Counted from the first letter of the stretch, positions 25,932 through 35,198 are shown. The stretch: 54,694 nucleotides of DNA from Candidatus Saccharimonadales bacterium (GCA_036405515.1 DASWXM010000040.1:1-54694); one strand, 5' to 3'. The notes: generated by a model from the sequence alone, not told the origin. Numbers and translations are program-made.

Positions 25932-28807
25932 TGAAATTCAAGCACGGCACACGCAGGCGAGCGCTGGAATATGAAAAAGATTGGGTGCAGCGCTGGAAGC
26001 AGGATAAGACATTTGAAAAATCGGTAGAGAATCGGCCGAAAGATAACTCATATGTGTTTTATGACGGGCCACCGTTTATTTCCGGTGTGCCACATCATGG
26101 TACGCTGCTTAGCTCGATTGTGAAAGACGCAGTGCCACGCTATCAGACAATGAAAGGCAAGCGCGTCGAACGTGTCTGGGGCTGGGATTGTCACGGTCTG
26201 CCAGCGGAACGCTTCACCGAAAAGAAACTCGGTATTCATAGCCGCCAAGAAGTCATCGAATACGGCATTGAAAAGTATATCAACGCCACTCGCGAAAACA
26301 TGGTGCAGACCAGTAGCGAATGGGAAGACGTCGTGGACCGTATTGGTCGTTGGGTGGATTTCCAGGGTGCGTACAAGACCATGGATAAAGATTACATGGA
26401 ATCGATCTGGTGGGCATTTAAGACCCTGTATGAAAAGGGCAAAATCTACGAAGGCGAAAAGGTGCTGATGTACTGCACGCTCGATGGTACGCCGCTTTCA
26501 AAAGCCGAAGTCACGATGGATGCTGGCGCCTACCAGGACGTGACCGACCCGAGCGTGTTTGTGAAGTTTAAGCTCGAAGACGGTTCAACTCTCCTTGCAT
26601 GGACAACGACACCATGGACGCTCCCCGCGAATACGGCACTCGCAGTGAACGAGGGACTTGAGTATGTGGAGGTTGAGGTTGACGGTGAAGCATTTATTCT
26701 TGCCAAAGAATTAGTCGAAAAAGTACTACAGGATGAAAAACACCAACCGCTCGAACATAAAGTACTTCGAACGCTCAAGGGCAAGGATCTTGTAGGCAAA
26801 AGTTACGAGCCACTTCTTGGCGTGAATCGTGGCAAAAATGCCCACAAAGTATGGTCGGCAGACTACGTTAGTAGTGAGGATGGTACGGGCATTGTTCATT
26901 TGGCGCCGACCTATGGTGAAGAAGACTTTGCGCTGGCAAAGGAAAAGAAATTTCCAGCAGTGCATGTCATTGACGAGAACGGTTTCTATACGGAAGGTGA
27001 CTGGAAGGGCGCAAATGTCTGGGAGATTAACAAGCAGATCGCCAAAGATCTCAAAAAGCGTGGTATCGTCTGGAAAATTGATTATATTCGCCACAGCTAC
27101 CCGCACTGTCACCGTTGTGGGACAAGGCTAATGTACCGGGCGCATCCGAGCTGGTTTATGGATATCGATGGTCAGCGTGAAAAGATGCTTGAGAAGAATG
27201 GGCCGATCGAATGGTTTCCGTCTCATGTGAAACATGGTCGGTTTGAAAAGACAGTGCAGCAAGCACCGGATTGGAATATCTCACGTGATCGTTTCTGGGC
27301 GACGGCGATGCCAGTATGGAAATCTGAATCCGGCAAGACGAAAGTTGTCGGTAGTTATGCTGAACTAAAAGAGCTTTCTGGCGTGGAGCTTGAAGATTAC
27401 CACCGTCCATGGATTGATGACGTGAAGTTTACGATCGACGGTGAAGAATATACACGCATCGACAAGGTGATGGACAGTTGGTTTGAAGCCGGGTCAATGC
27501 CGTTTGCTCAGTTCCATTATCCATTCGAGAACAAAGAAAAGTTTGAAGCCAATTTCCCTGGTGATTTTATTGTCGAATATATCGGCCAGGTCCGTGCATG
27601 GTTCTACTACATGCACGCCATGAGCGTGGCACTATTCGGCGAAAATAGTTTTAAAAATGTTATCGTGACTGGCAACGTCGCGGGTAATGACGGCCGCAAG
27701 ATGAGCAAGAGCTACGGTAACTATACTGATCCGAACGAATTAATGGATAAGTTCTCGGCTGACTCACTGCGCTTCCTCTTACTTAGTTCACCACTACTCA
27801 ATGGTGAAGATTTCGCACTCCAAGATAAAGAGGTAGGCGATGTTGCGCGCAAACTCGGCATGATATGGAACATGTACGATTTCTTCACGATGTACGCCGA
27901 GGTGGATGGCTGGGAATTTAAGGGCGAGCTAAAAGACCCGCTTGAAGAGCTAAAGAACCCCCTCGATCTCTGGATTGTCAGCCGCGCGCATCAACTGGTA
28001 GCCGAAGTCGAAGAGAGTATGGAGCGTTACGACATTCCAAATGCACTAAGTCCGATCTTGCCGTTCCTCGATGACGCGTCCAATTGGTACGTACGCCGTT
28101 CACGCCGCCGTTTTTGGAAATCTGAAGATGATGGTGACAAAAACGATGCGTACCGCACACTCCATTACGTACTCATACGTTTGGCGTACGTTCTTGCTCC
28201 ATTTACGCCATTCTTGGCTGAAGAGCTGTACCATAATCTGACAGGTGACAAAGAATCAATTCATCTCAAGGACTGGTTGTCAGCTGGGCACACTGATACA
28301 TTAGTACTCGATGAGATGAAAGAAGCGCGTGGAGTGATTAATGATATTCTGTCGCTGAGGGCAAAAGAAGGTGTCAAGACTAGGCAGCCACTTGCGTACG
28401 CCAAAGTTGAAACAGCGCATGATTTTCGGCCAGAGATTCGTGAGATGGTAATTGACGAAGTAAATATTAAGAAAATTGATTTTGTTTATGATGAAAACCT
28501 CTCAAATAAGCGCGAAAATACTAAGATTGGTGTAGAACTAAACATTACTCCAGAACTTAGACGTGAAGGCATGATGCGCGAAGTAATTCGTCATGTACAG
28601 TCAGCGCGCAAGACTGCTGGACTGAACGTTAACGATAGGATACAGCTTTCGTTGCAGACGGGTGACGAGCAGCTTCAACGAACAATCGAAGAGTATGGGG
28701 AAGTGATCTGTCAAGAGACGCTCGCATCGCTCGGCGAGACTACATCTTATGAGTCGCTGGTTAAGATCGACGGCGCTGAACTCACGATATTTCTTGAAAA
28801 AGCTTGA
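25931..28807 (+). CDS. ileS: isoleucyl-tRNA synthetase
   Basis: HIGH-type PHHGTLL, KMSKS, and a CP1 editing insertion. The start overlaps the GNAT stop (GTGATGA); a GTG at 25928 is an alternative start. Confidence 0.95.
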   Translation: MKFKHGTRRRALEYEKDWVQRWKQDKTFEKSVENRPKDNSYVFYDGPPFISGVPHHGTLLSSIVKDAVPRYQTMKGKRVERVWGWDCHGLPAERFTEKKLGIHSRQEVIEYGIEKYINATRENMVQTSSEWEDVVDRIGRWVDFQGAYKTMDKDYMESIWWAFKTLYEKGKIYEGEKVLMYCTLDGTPLSKAEVTMDAGAYQDVTDPSVFVKFKLEDGSTLLAWTTTPWTLPANTALAVNEGLEYVEVEVDGEAFILAKELVEKVLQDEKHQPLEHKVLRTLKGKDLVGKSYEPLLGVNRGKNAHKVWSADYVSSEDGTGIVHLAPTYGEEDFALAKEKKFPAVHVIDENGFYTEGDWKGANVWEINKQIAKDLKKRGIVWKIDYIRHSYPHCHRCGTRLMYRAHPSWFMDIDGQREKMLEKNGPIEWFPSHVKHGRFEKTVQQAPDWNISRDRFWATAMPVWKSESGKTKVVGSYAELKELSGVELEDYHRPWIDDVKFTIDGEEYTRIDKVMDSWFEAGSMPFAQFHYPFENKEKFEANFPGDFIVEYIGQVRAWFYYMHAMSVALFGENSFKNVIVTGNVAGNDGRKMSKSYGNYTDPNELMDKFSADSLRFLLLSSPLLNGEDFALQDKEVGDVARKLGMIWNMYDFFTMYAEVDGWEFKGELKDPLEELKNPLDLWIVSRAHQLVAEVEESMERYDIPNALSPILPFLDDASNWYVRRSRRRFWKSEDDGDKNDAYRTLHYVLIRLAYVLAPFTPFLAEELYHNLTGDKESIHLKDWLSAGHTDTLVLDEMKEARGVINDILSLRAKEGVKTRQPLAYAKVETAHDFRPEIREMVIDEVNIKKIDFVYDENLSNKRENTKIGVELNITPELRREGMMREVIRHVQSARKTAGLNVNDRIQLSLQTGDEQLQRTIEEYGEVICQETLASLGETTSYESLVKIDGAELTIFLEKA

Positions 28808-28915
28808 CACTACGCTTGTATAGGCGTATACCAGAGGTATATCTCGGGTCAACACAAACACAATTGAACACGGCATGAGGTACGCTCTTTCCTAGAAAAC
28901 AGAGAGGGGAAAGTC

Positions 28916-29191
28916 ATGAGCGTTTGTCATGTATCACCGGTGATGAACGAAGTGGTTCACGCCATCATCGACGGAAGTACCGACAGGGGTGAGACGCCTC
29001 CAGGAGTGGTTTTGAGCGAGCTCAACAACCTTTGTGTCGGACTCGGCATGGCACGGGATGCGTTGCCGCGTGAGCTGCGAAACCTTCGTGACGACGCACG
29101 GCAGCGCGAACGCGATGGCTCAAGCGGCTTCCGTGTGGATGCGCTGTGTGACTTGTTGGTCATGTATGGCCCATGGGCTACTCGCGCCTGA
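28916..29191 (+). CDS. orphan hypothetical protein in an elevated-GC patch
   Basis: GAGAGGGGA SD upstream. 91 aa, Arg/Asp-rich, no recognisable family. Confidence 0.45.
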   Translation: MSVCHVSPVMNEVVHAIIDGSTDRGETPPGVVLSELNNLCVGLGMARDALPRELRNLRDDARQRERDGSSGFRVDALCDLLVMYGPWATRA

Positions 29192-29285
29192 GGTGGCTCG
29201 TGTGGCCACCAAGCTCTTCTGTTTCACCTCAAAGGGGTGCCTGGTATGAGCCGGCACCCCTGAAACATGTCCAAAGATAGTGTGG

Positions 29286-29314
29286 TTGACTTTTTATAAT
29301 TTTTATGCTTAAAT
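29286..29314 (+). promoter_or_regulatory. candidate promoter
   Basis: TTGACT 29286-29291, a 17-nt spacer ending in TGC, then TTAAAT 29309-29314. Confidence 0.5.
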
Positions 29315-29346
29315 AGAGTGCGTAAACAACTAAAAACAAAACCAAT

Positions 29347-29562
29347 ATGTTAGACTTTTTATCTCATAAAATCCATTTGACTCCGCCCGATCCACTTGGC
29401 GGTGGATTGGCCGAAGAAATTGCGGCAGAGCGGGCGGAGCCAGAGGCTATCGTGCTCGATGAAGAACCAGGGGAATCCCTCGCTGATAAATGGCAGGAAG
29501 CTATTGATGAGTTCAAAAATGACCCTGAGTACATTGATTTAATGCGTTCAATGGATGAGTAA
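29347..29562 (+). CDS. small acidic hypothetical protein
   Basis: A 71-aa ORF downstream of a candidate promoter. No motif recognised. Confidence 0.45.
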   Translation: MLDFLSHKIHLTPPDPLGGGLAEEIAAERAEPEAIVLDEEPGESLADKWQEAIDEFKNDPEYIDLMRSMDE

Positions 29563-29605
29563 TATGCTATACTTTATATAGTAAAACTATTCATATCAAA
29601 AGTAG

Positions 29606-29992
29606 ATGAACGAATTATCCGACCAAGAATTTGACCAATTGATCACCCGGGCGATGGATGAGCTACCGCAGGAGTATATTCGCGATATGCATAATGTCGC
29701 GATTGTGATGGCAGACGCGCCAACGGATGAACAGCGAGAGCGACTAAAATTACGGGGTAACCAGCTGCTGCTTGGACTTTTCGAAGGAGTGCCACGAACA
29801 ATGCAGACAGGTAGTGAAGCCGGACTTTTGCCGGGGAAAATCACGCTGTTTAAGCATCATATCCTAGCGGCCGTACACAATGAGCAAAGTCTTTTTGAAC
29901 AAATTAAGCGTACACTATGGCACGAGATTGCACACTACTACGGCCTGGATCATGGTCATATCGATCACCTTGAGCGCCGGCCTAAGTCATAG
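29606..29992 (+). CDS. zincin-like metallopeptidase family protein (DUF1025-type)
   Basis: LWHEIAHYYGLDHGHIDHLE in the C-terminus, with size typical of the family. Confidence 0.7.
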   Translation: MNELSDQEFDQLITRAMDELPQEYIRDMHNVAIVMADAPTDEQRERLKLRGNQLLLGLFEGVPRTMQTGSEAGLLPGKITLFKHHILAAVHNEQSLFEQIKRTLWHEIAHYYGLDHGHIDHLERRPKS

Positions 29993-30083
29993 ATAAGCCT
30001 AACTCTTAGCTTGCTGCCATGGTATACTAGAGGCAACCAATATAACTATCTTGTGAGTGGAGTCACAGATTGAAGAGGGGTTG

Positions 30084-31640
30084 ATGAGGAAGACGACGTG
30101 GTCCTATAGAGGGCATAAGATACGATTATCACTAATCGGAGTCTTGTTCGTGCTCCTACAGAGTGCAGTGGCGCCAGCTGCATACGCAGCCGGAATCAGT
30201 ATATCTCCATCTAGCCTGCAGGTACTCAGTAACTCTACGCAGTACAGTGCTGTAGACGCAAGAAATTACGAGCAGCTTACAGTTTCGTTTCACTATAATG
30301 CCGAAAAACTTGAGGCAGGTGATCAACTCAACTACGGATGGAAGACTGAAAGTGGAGAGGGCCTGCTCGATACTATCGATGGACGTGCGGAATCGGCAGA
30401 GGATGCCGAAAGTGGTAATGATGAAACAGGTAACGTGACATCACTCGCTTTGCCAGCTAGTTTGGCCAATACCCAATTTCAGCTTTTTTTTCAGAATACC
30501 GGTACAACATCCGGTACGAACGATCAGATCGACATTTCTTTGATCCAGGTGAATGGCGATGCAATGAAAGTGGGTGATGCTACTCCGCCATCGGCGCCGA
30601 CTGCATCTCCGGTGCCTGGCACCTATAACACACCAAAGTCTGTCGTACTTGCTTCCACTGATGACGGACCTGGCCAGGTAAAAATCTATTATACAACGGA
30701 CGGCACGACCCCTGACAAGACAAGCCAGCTATATACCGCATCAATTGAAGTAACTGCAAGCCAAACCATTAAAGCTATTGCCTATGATATCGCCGATAAT
30801 GCATCGGAAGTGGCCGTATTGATATATATTATTGACACGGCAGTGCCCGTGATTGAAAACGTGCAGTATTCTAACGCCGGTGCGGCCACGAATACGGATG
30901 TCACGGTAACAATTACGACTAATGAGGCTGTCATAGCTCCTGAAGGGTGGGTAAAGGAGTCTGACACTGTCTTTAAGAAACAATACGCTGACAATGTAGA
31001 GGATTCAGTCATTGTGACGGATCTCGCTGGTAACAGCTCTGATCCGAAACCTATAAAGGTGGAGGGAATTGATAGAGTAGCTCCTACGGTTGCTTTAAAC
31101 GGCACCGTAGAAAACGGGGCATATACGGGATCGGTATCGTACGAAGCAGCGGATGATAAAAGTATTCAGACAGTTACAGTAAACGGCATTGCTGCACCAT
31201 CGAGCGGTATACTGTCAGAGCCCGGCAATTACACGATCGTTGCTACGGATACCGCAAGCAATACAGTGATGGAACAGTTGGTAATCATTATCATATCTCC
31301 GCCAGCGGTTGGGGAAGCAGTTGCTAAGCCACCTGCAGCATTAATGCCCGTCGTTCCAGTGTCGGCTCCCACGGTTGCCTTGCCGGGCAGGAGTGCTTCA
31401 GGTGATGCTATCACTGCAGCAAAGTCAGATTTAGAAAAGAGTATTGCAAGCGTGTCCGATAGAGATACCGTCAAGATAGATGGTCAACCTGAAGACGATG
31501 ATACCGTGCTCGCCCCGAGTGAAGAAGGGTGGAAGTTGCTCGGTATAGCTTGGTATTGGTACGCATTGCTTGGTGGGCTAGTTGGTGCGGGGTGGTGGTT
31601 CTTTAAGGCACGATACCAGACGAGTAAAGACGAATTCTAG
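30084..31640 (+). CDS. cell-surface protein with chitobiase/hexosaminidase C-terminal-like (Fn3-associated) and Ig-like repeats, C-terminal TM anchor
   Basis: Signal peptide ...AVAPAAYA, the motif IYYTTDGTTPDKTSQLYTASIEV..SQTIKAIAYD, and a C-terminal WYWYALLGGLVGAGWWFF helix. SD GAAGAGGGG upstream. Confidence 0.7.
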   Translation: MRKTTWSYRGHKIRLSLIGVLFVLLQSAVAPAAYAAGISISPSSLQVLSNSTQYSAVDARNYEQLTVSFHYNAEKLEAGDQLNYGWKTESGEGLLDTIDGRAESAEDAESGNDETGNVTSLALPASLANTQFQLFFQNTGTTSGTNDQIDISLIQVNGDAMKVGDATPPSAPTASPVPGTYNTPKSVVLASTDDGPGQVKIYYTTDGTTPDKTSQLYTASIEVTASQTIKAIAYDIADNASEVAVLIYIIDTAVPVIENVQYSNAGAATNTDVTVTITTNEAVIAPEGWVKESDTVFKKQYADNVEDSVIVTDLAGNSSDPKPIKVEGIDRVAPTVALNGTVENGAYTGSVSYEAADDKSIQTVTVNGIAAPSSGILSEPGNYTIVATDTASNTVMEQLVIIIISPPAVGEAVAKPPAALMPVVPVSAPTVALPGRSASGDAITAAKSDLEKSIASVSDRDTVKIDGQPEDDDTVLAPSEEGWKLLGIAWYWYALLGGLVGAGWWFFKARYQTSKDEF

Positions 31641-31652
31641 TATACTGGTGCT

Positions 31653-32465
31653 ATGACTAAAATTACGAAAGCAATTATTCCTGTGGCCGGGTGGGGAACC
31701 CGTATGCTGCCAATCACAAAAGCAATCGAAAAATGCATGCTACCTATTGGTACGCGTCCAGTAATCGACTACGTAGTACGTGATTTAATTGATGCTGGAG
31801 TCGATGATATTTATTTTGTCGTAGGAGAGCAAAGCACTCAGGTGCAGAATTACTATCGAAGTAATATCCAGCTCAACGACTATCTGAAGCGTCAAGGTAA
31901 AGAAGATAAATTACCACTGGTGGCGCCAATCGAAGGCGTGAAGTTTCATTTTATCATGCAACCAAGCAGCGGCAAGTATGGTACAGCTGTTCCGGTTGGG
32001 CTTGTAAATGACTACATAGATGATGGAGAACTTGTAGCGGTAATCATGGGCGATGACTTTATCTATAATCAGGATGGTACAAATGAAATTAAGCGTTTGT
32101 TGGAAGCTGCGGGCGATAGTGGCTCAATGATCGGAGTTAATGTACGACGTGAAGATGTATCGAAGTACGGTGTTCTCCAGCTCGATCAGCAGGGAAATTA
32201 TCAGAAAATCGTCGAGAAACCACGTCTCGAAGATGCACCAAGTACATTGATAAATGTGAGCAAGTATGTGTTGCCGAAGGCTGCAATCGAAGCTGCCGTA
32301 ACGATTCCGGCAAATCCTGTACGAGGAGAGTATGAGATAACTGATGTTATTAACCAGTACGTAACAAGTGGTGGCGTGATAAAGGTTGTTGAGGCTCAGG
32401 GTGAGTTTCTCGACGCAGGAAGTGTTGATGGCTGGCTGCACGCCAACAATGTCATTTTAGGCTAG
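31653..32465 (+). CDS. galU: UTP--glucose-1-phosphate uridylyltransferase
   Basis: AIIPVAGWGTRMLPITKAIEKCMLPI. TATACT lies 6 nt upstream of the ATG with no SD. Confidence 0.88.
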   Translation: MTKITKAIIPVAGWGTRMLPITKAIEKCMLPIGTRPVIDYVVRDLIDAGVDDIYFVVGEQSTQVQNYYRSNIQLNDYLKRQGKEDKLPLVAPIEGVKFHFIMQPSSGKYGTAVPVGLVNDYIDDGELVAVIMGDDFIYNQDGTNEIKRLLEAAGDSGSMIGVNVRREDVSKYGVLQLDQQGNYQKIVEKPRLEDAPSTLINVSKYVLPKAAIEAAVTIPANPVRGEYEITDVINQYVTSGGVIKVVEAQGEFLDAGSVDGWLHANNVILG

Positions 32466-32489
32466 CAGCCATAAGCGCTATGGTGTAAA

Positions 32490-34217
32490 ATGCAACATAT
32501 GAAGAAGCATCACGCTAAAGAGATAAGCGATAAACGTTCGCAAGATAAGAAGAGGCATGGCTTTTCGATCGTAGAGATCGCAGTCGTCGTCGTAGTGATC
32601 GGAATACTCGCTGGAATTGTGGGTATAATATCCGTAGGTGTGCAACGGGATGCACGTGATCATAACCGCAAGGCAAGTGCAACAGCTATTGCTGAATCTC
32701 TGGAGAAGTATTACCAAGATAATGGTGAGTATCCTTCAGTAACATCAATCGCTGACAAGCCAATAAGTAACGTAAGGTCGACACTTGGTATCCCGAGTGG
32801 CGATATACTACTTTTTCCGCAGGCGACAGATAAAACAAACGCGGCAATTACCTCAGGGGTCGCAAGTACAACTAAGGTTAAGTATCAGGGAACCGCGTGC
32901 ACAAGCACTCCGTGTAGTGACTTTACGTTAAGCTATGTAGAAGAAGGCACTGGAAACACTGTGACTATCAAGAGTCGGGCAATCGTTGGAGGAGATCAGA
33001 TTGATAATTCCAGCTTGCCTCAGGCATCGAGGCCTACGGTATCGGGCAGCCTAGCTGATGATAATATAACTGTCACTGTGAAGGCTTACGGAGCGACCTG
33101 TTCAACAGGTGAGCCAAAGTATAAGATTCGCTATGCGACATCGACTGCCGCTCTAGCCTCCGCATCATGGTCGTCAGATTGGTTACGCAATCCTGCGGCA
33201 ACAACGTTTGTCGGGTCGGGTGCAATACCATCAGGCACAACATACTATTTTGAAGCAATTGCGCGCTGTTTCCTTGGTAGTGCGTCGGGTGCTGACTCGC
33301 AGGATAGTGTCGACGGTTCGATTCTTGTACCAGCACCTCCACTGCCGACACCAGGTGATCCTGCAATTGCTCAAAGTACAAGTGGTGCGACGACAACATG
33401 GTCATGGAGCTCATCAGGTTCTTGTAGTCCGTATACAAAATACTATCGTATTAGGGTTATAAACTCAGCGGTGCAAAATGTTGCTTGGACAGAAGGGGTG
33501 ACAGCTACAAGCTACGCGGCAACAACGAATACGGAAGGCGTCTGGTATGAGATGAGAGTGCAGGCATACTGTCAGAATGGGGCAAGTAGAGCATATTCAG
33601 CAGAGATGACCAACAGGTATACTCGCCCAATCTCTAGCACAGTTGAAGCAACATCTGGCCAAGTGATTGTTGTGAAAAATGGTAAAACGGATATGCAGTT
33701 GCAACTACAGGCTACTGGATCTAGCAGCTACTGTGCATCGGGGCTTACTCCATATCTTTGGTACCAGATCTCAAATACACTTTATGCCGGATCAGGACCC
33801 GGGGCAGGTGACGGCGGTAATAATGAAATATTCGGCGGCTACAATGGTCCATATTACTTCTATCCTCCGGGTGGCGCATTTGTACTGAATGTTGGTAGCG
33901 TTGGCGCAGGTGGCGCAGGCTATGTTAGAAAGTATGAAGTAGCGACAGCGATGGCATGTTACAGAGGAGACTCGTATGTATGGGGCCCATCAACACGTAT
34001 GGATAGATACGGAAATGCATGGGTAATTACGGCAAGAAACGTAGATGCGGGTAAGTCTGGCTCATGGCAGCGTGCCTGCCAAGGGCACAACCGTCTGGGT
34101 GCATGGAATCCATCTAGCCAAAGACCTGATATGCCAGACCAGCTTGGTCGCTGGAAGACTGCGTTAGCGGACGGAGATGGTTGGTGTACAAACTGGGGTC
34201 CGGGAGCACCAATATAA
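32490..34217 (+). CDS. very large type IV pilin-like protein
   Basis: Prepilin signal ...KKRHG/FSIVEIAVVVVVIGILAGIV with Glu at +5. Long basic leader. Cys-rich, Ser/Thr/Gly-rich globular region. Confidence 0.8.
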   Translation: MQHMKKHHAKEISDKRSQDKKRHGFSIVEIAVVVVVIGILAGIVGIISVGVQRDARDHNRKASATAIAESLEKYYQDNGEYPSVTSIADKPISNVRSTLGIPSGDILLFPQATDKTNAAITSGVASTTKVKYQGTACTSTPCSDFTLSYVEEGTGNTVTIKSRAIVGGDQIDNSSLPQASRPTVSGSLADDNITVTVKAYGATCSTGEPKYKIRYATSTAALASASWSSDWLRNPAATTFVGSGAIPSGTTYYFEAIARCFLGSASGADSQDSVDGSILVPAPPLPTPGDPAIAQSTSGATTTWSWSSSGSCSPYTKYYRIRVINSAVQNVAWTEGVTATSYAATTNTEGVWYEMRVQAYCQNGASRAYSAEMTNRYTRPISSTVEATSGQVIVVKNGKTDMQLQLQATGSSSYCASGLTPYLWYQISNTLYAGSGPGAGDGGNNEIFGGYNGPYYFYPPGGAFVLNVGSVGAGGAGYVRKYEVATAMACYRGDSYVWGPSTRMDRYGNAWVITARNVDAGKSGSWQRACQGHNRLGAWNPSSQRPDMPDQLGRWKTALADGDGWCTNWGPGAPI

Positions 34218-34228
34218 TGGGAGAAAAT

Positions 34229-34594
34229 ATGAAGAAGCGAATTATTATTCTCATTGTGATAGGGCTTGTGCTTGCAGTAGCTGCTGCTGGGGCTACATGG
34301 TATGTGGTGTCCACACAGGTTGTTAAGAAAGATGGTCCGGCTACGCCTACAGAGCCACTATCTCCATACAAGCAAACAGTTAAATCGGGAACTGATGCCG
34401 AGAAGAGCGGCAAGACTAAGGATGCATTGGCCTCATACAAGAAGGCTCGTACGATGTGCAAGGATGATGATACGAATTGCAAGCTTGATATGGACATGAA
34501 GATTAAGTTGATGGAGCTTGCGTTGAAGCAAGAGGGCGTCAAGCCATCAACGGCGCCAAAACCGCTTGCAGGCATGACGGAATCAAAAAAGTAG
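34229..34594 (+). CDS. small N-terminally anchored protein
   Basis: GGGAGAAAAT upstream of the ATG at 34229. MKKRIIILIVIGLVLAVAAAGA anchor. Confidence 0.55.
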   Translation: MKKRIIILIVIGLVLAVAAAGATWYVVSTQVVKKDGPATPTEPLSPYKQTVKSGTDAEKSGKTKDALASYKKARTMCKDDDTNCKLDMDMKIKLMELALKQEGVKPSTAPKPLAGMTESKK

Positions 34595-34607
34595 CCGTCG
34601 TTCACTC

Positions 34608-34654
34608 TAAAAGGTTGAGCCCCGCCCGTTAAGGGAGCGAGGCTCAACCTTTTA
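34608..34654. terminator. bidirectional hairpin terminator
   Basis: TAAAAGGTTGAGCC (34608-34621) pairs with GGCTCAACCTTTTA (34641-34654), between convergent genes. Confidence 0.75.
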
Positions 34655-34677
34655 GGGCAGGGCAGGGGTCTGCTATG

Positions 34678-35007
34678 CTAGCGAGACCGCTGATCTACTG
34701 TGCGAATAGACGTGGCCTCAATGGTCAGATGATACAGCCGACCTCCACGTACGGTGTAGTCTGAGGTGATGAGGACCCGATGCGGTGTCAGTTCATCCTG
34801 GATACGCCGCTTCAGATGGTGCAACAGCTCGTTCATCGGCCGACCAAAAGGCCGATCACGAAACGCATCCAAGTGCTTGAGGTCAGTGACCATCGCGGAA
34901 GCGACATCTTGGATGTCAAGCGTCTCCTTGAGCTGTCGGGTAAGCTCTTTTGCGCATTCGCGCCGTGTCTTGCGACCGATCCAGCCAAGTGAGTAACGAA
35001 ATGCCAC
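34678..35007 (-). CDS. orphan hypothetical protein in an elevated-GC patch
   Basis: GAGAGAGGA lies 6 nt upstream of the GTG at 35007. The longer ORF (to 35139) extends into AT-rich sequence. No family recognised. Confidence 0.45.
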   Translation of the reverse strand: MAFRYSLGWIGRKTRRECAKELTRQLKETLDIQDVASAMVTDLKHLDAFRDRPFGRPMNELLHHLKRRIQDELTPHRVLITSDYTVRGGRLYHLTIEATSIRTVDQRSR

Positions 35008-35198
35008 AAACGATCCTCTCTCTGGTGATAGACAGACAATGAGTAGCATAGCAAATCTCGGGACGTGCCACAACATGAAAGCTTTGTGAGGTTGTAACAT
35101 GACACACCTGATCGAGAAGTTGTTTGAAACGATTGTCAATCTATCCTCAATCTGTTACAATAGTTCAGATTGAAAAGCTAAAGTAAGAAAAGGAAGCT

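Noticed and set aside
32490-34217. The pilin C-terminus as a diversity-generating retroelement target.
   Set aside because: The window contains no reverse transcriptase gene. I could not find a near-identical template repeat of the C-terminal region. The C-terminus also lacks the Asn-rich CLec-type variable-region signature.
34114-34647. A 177-aa minus-strand ORF antisense to the pilin 3' end and the 34229 gene.
   Set aside because: It has no SD, and it overlaps two well-supported plus-strand genes and the bidirectional terminator. Its composition looks like a shadow frame.
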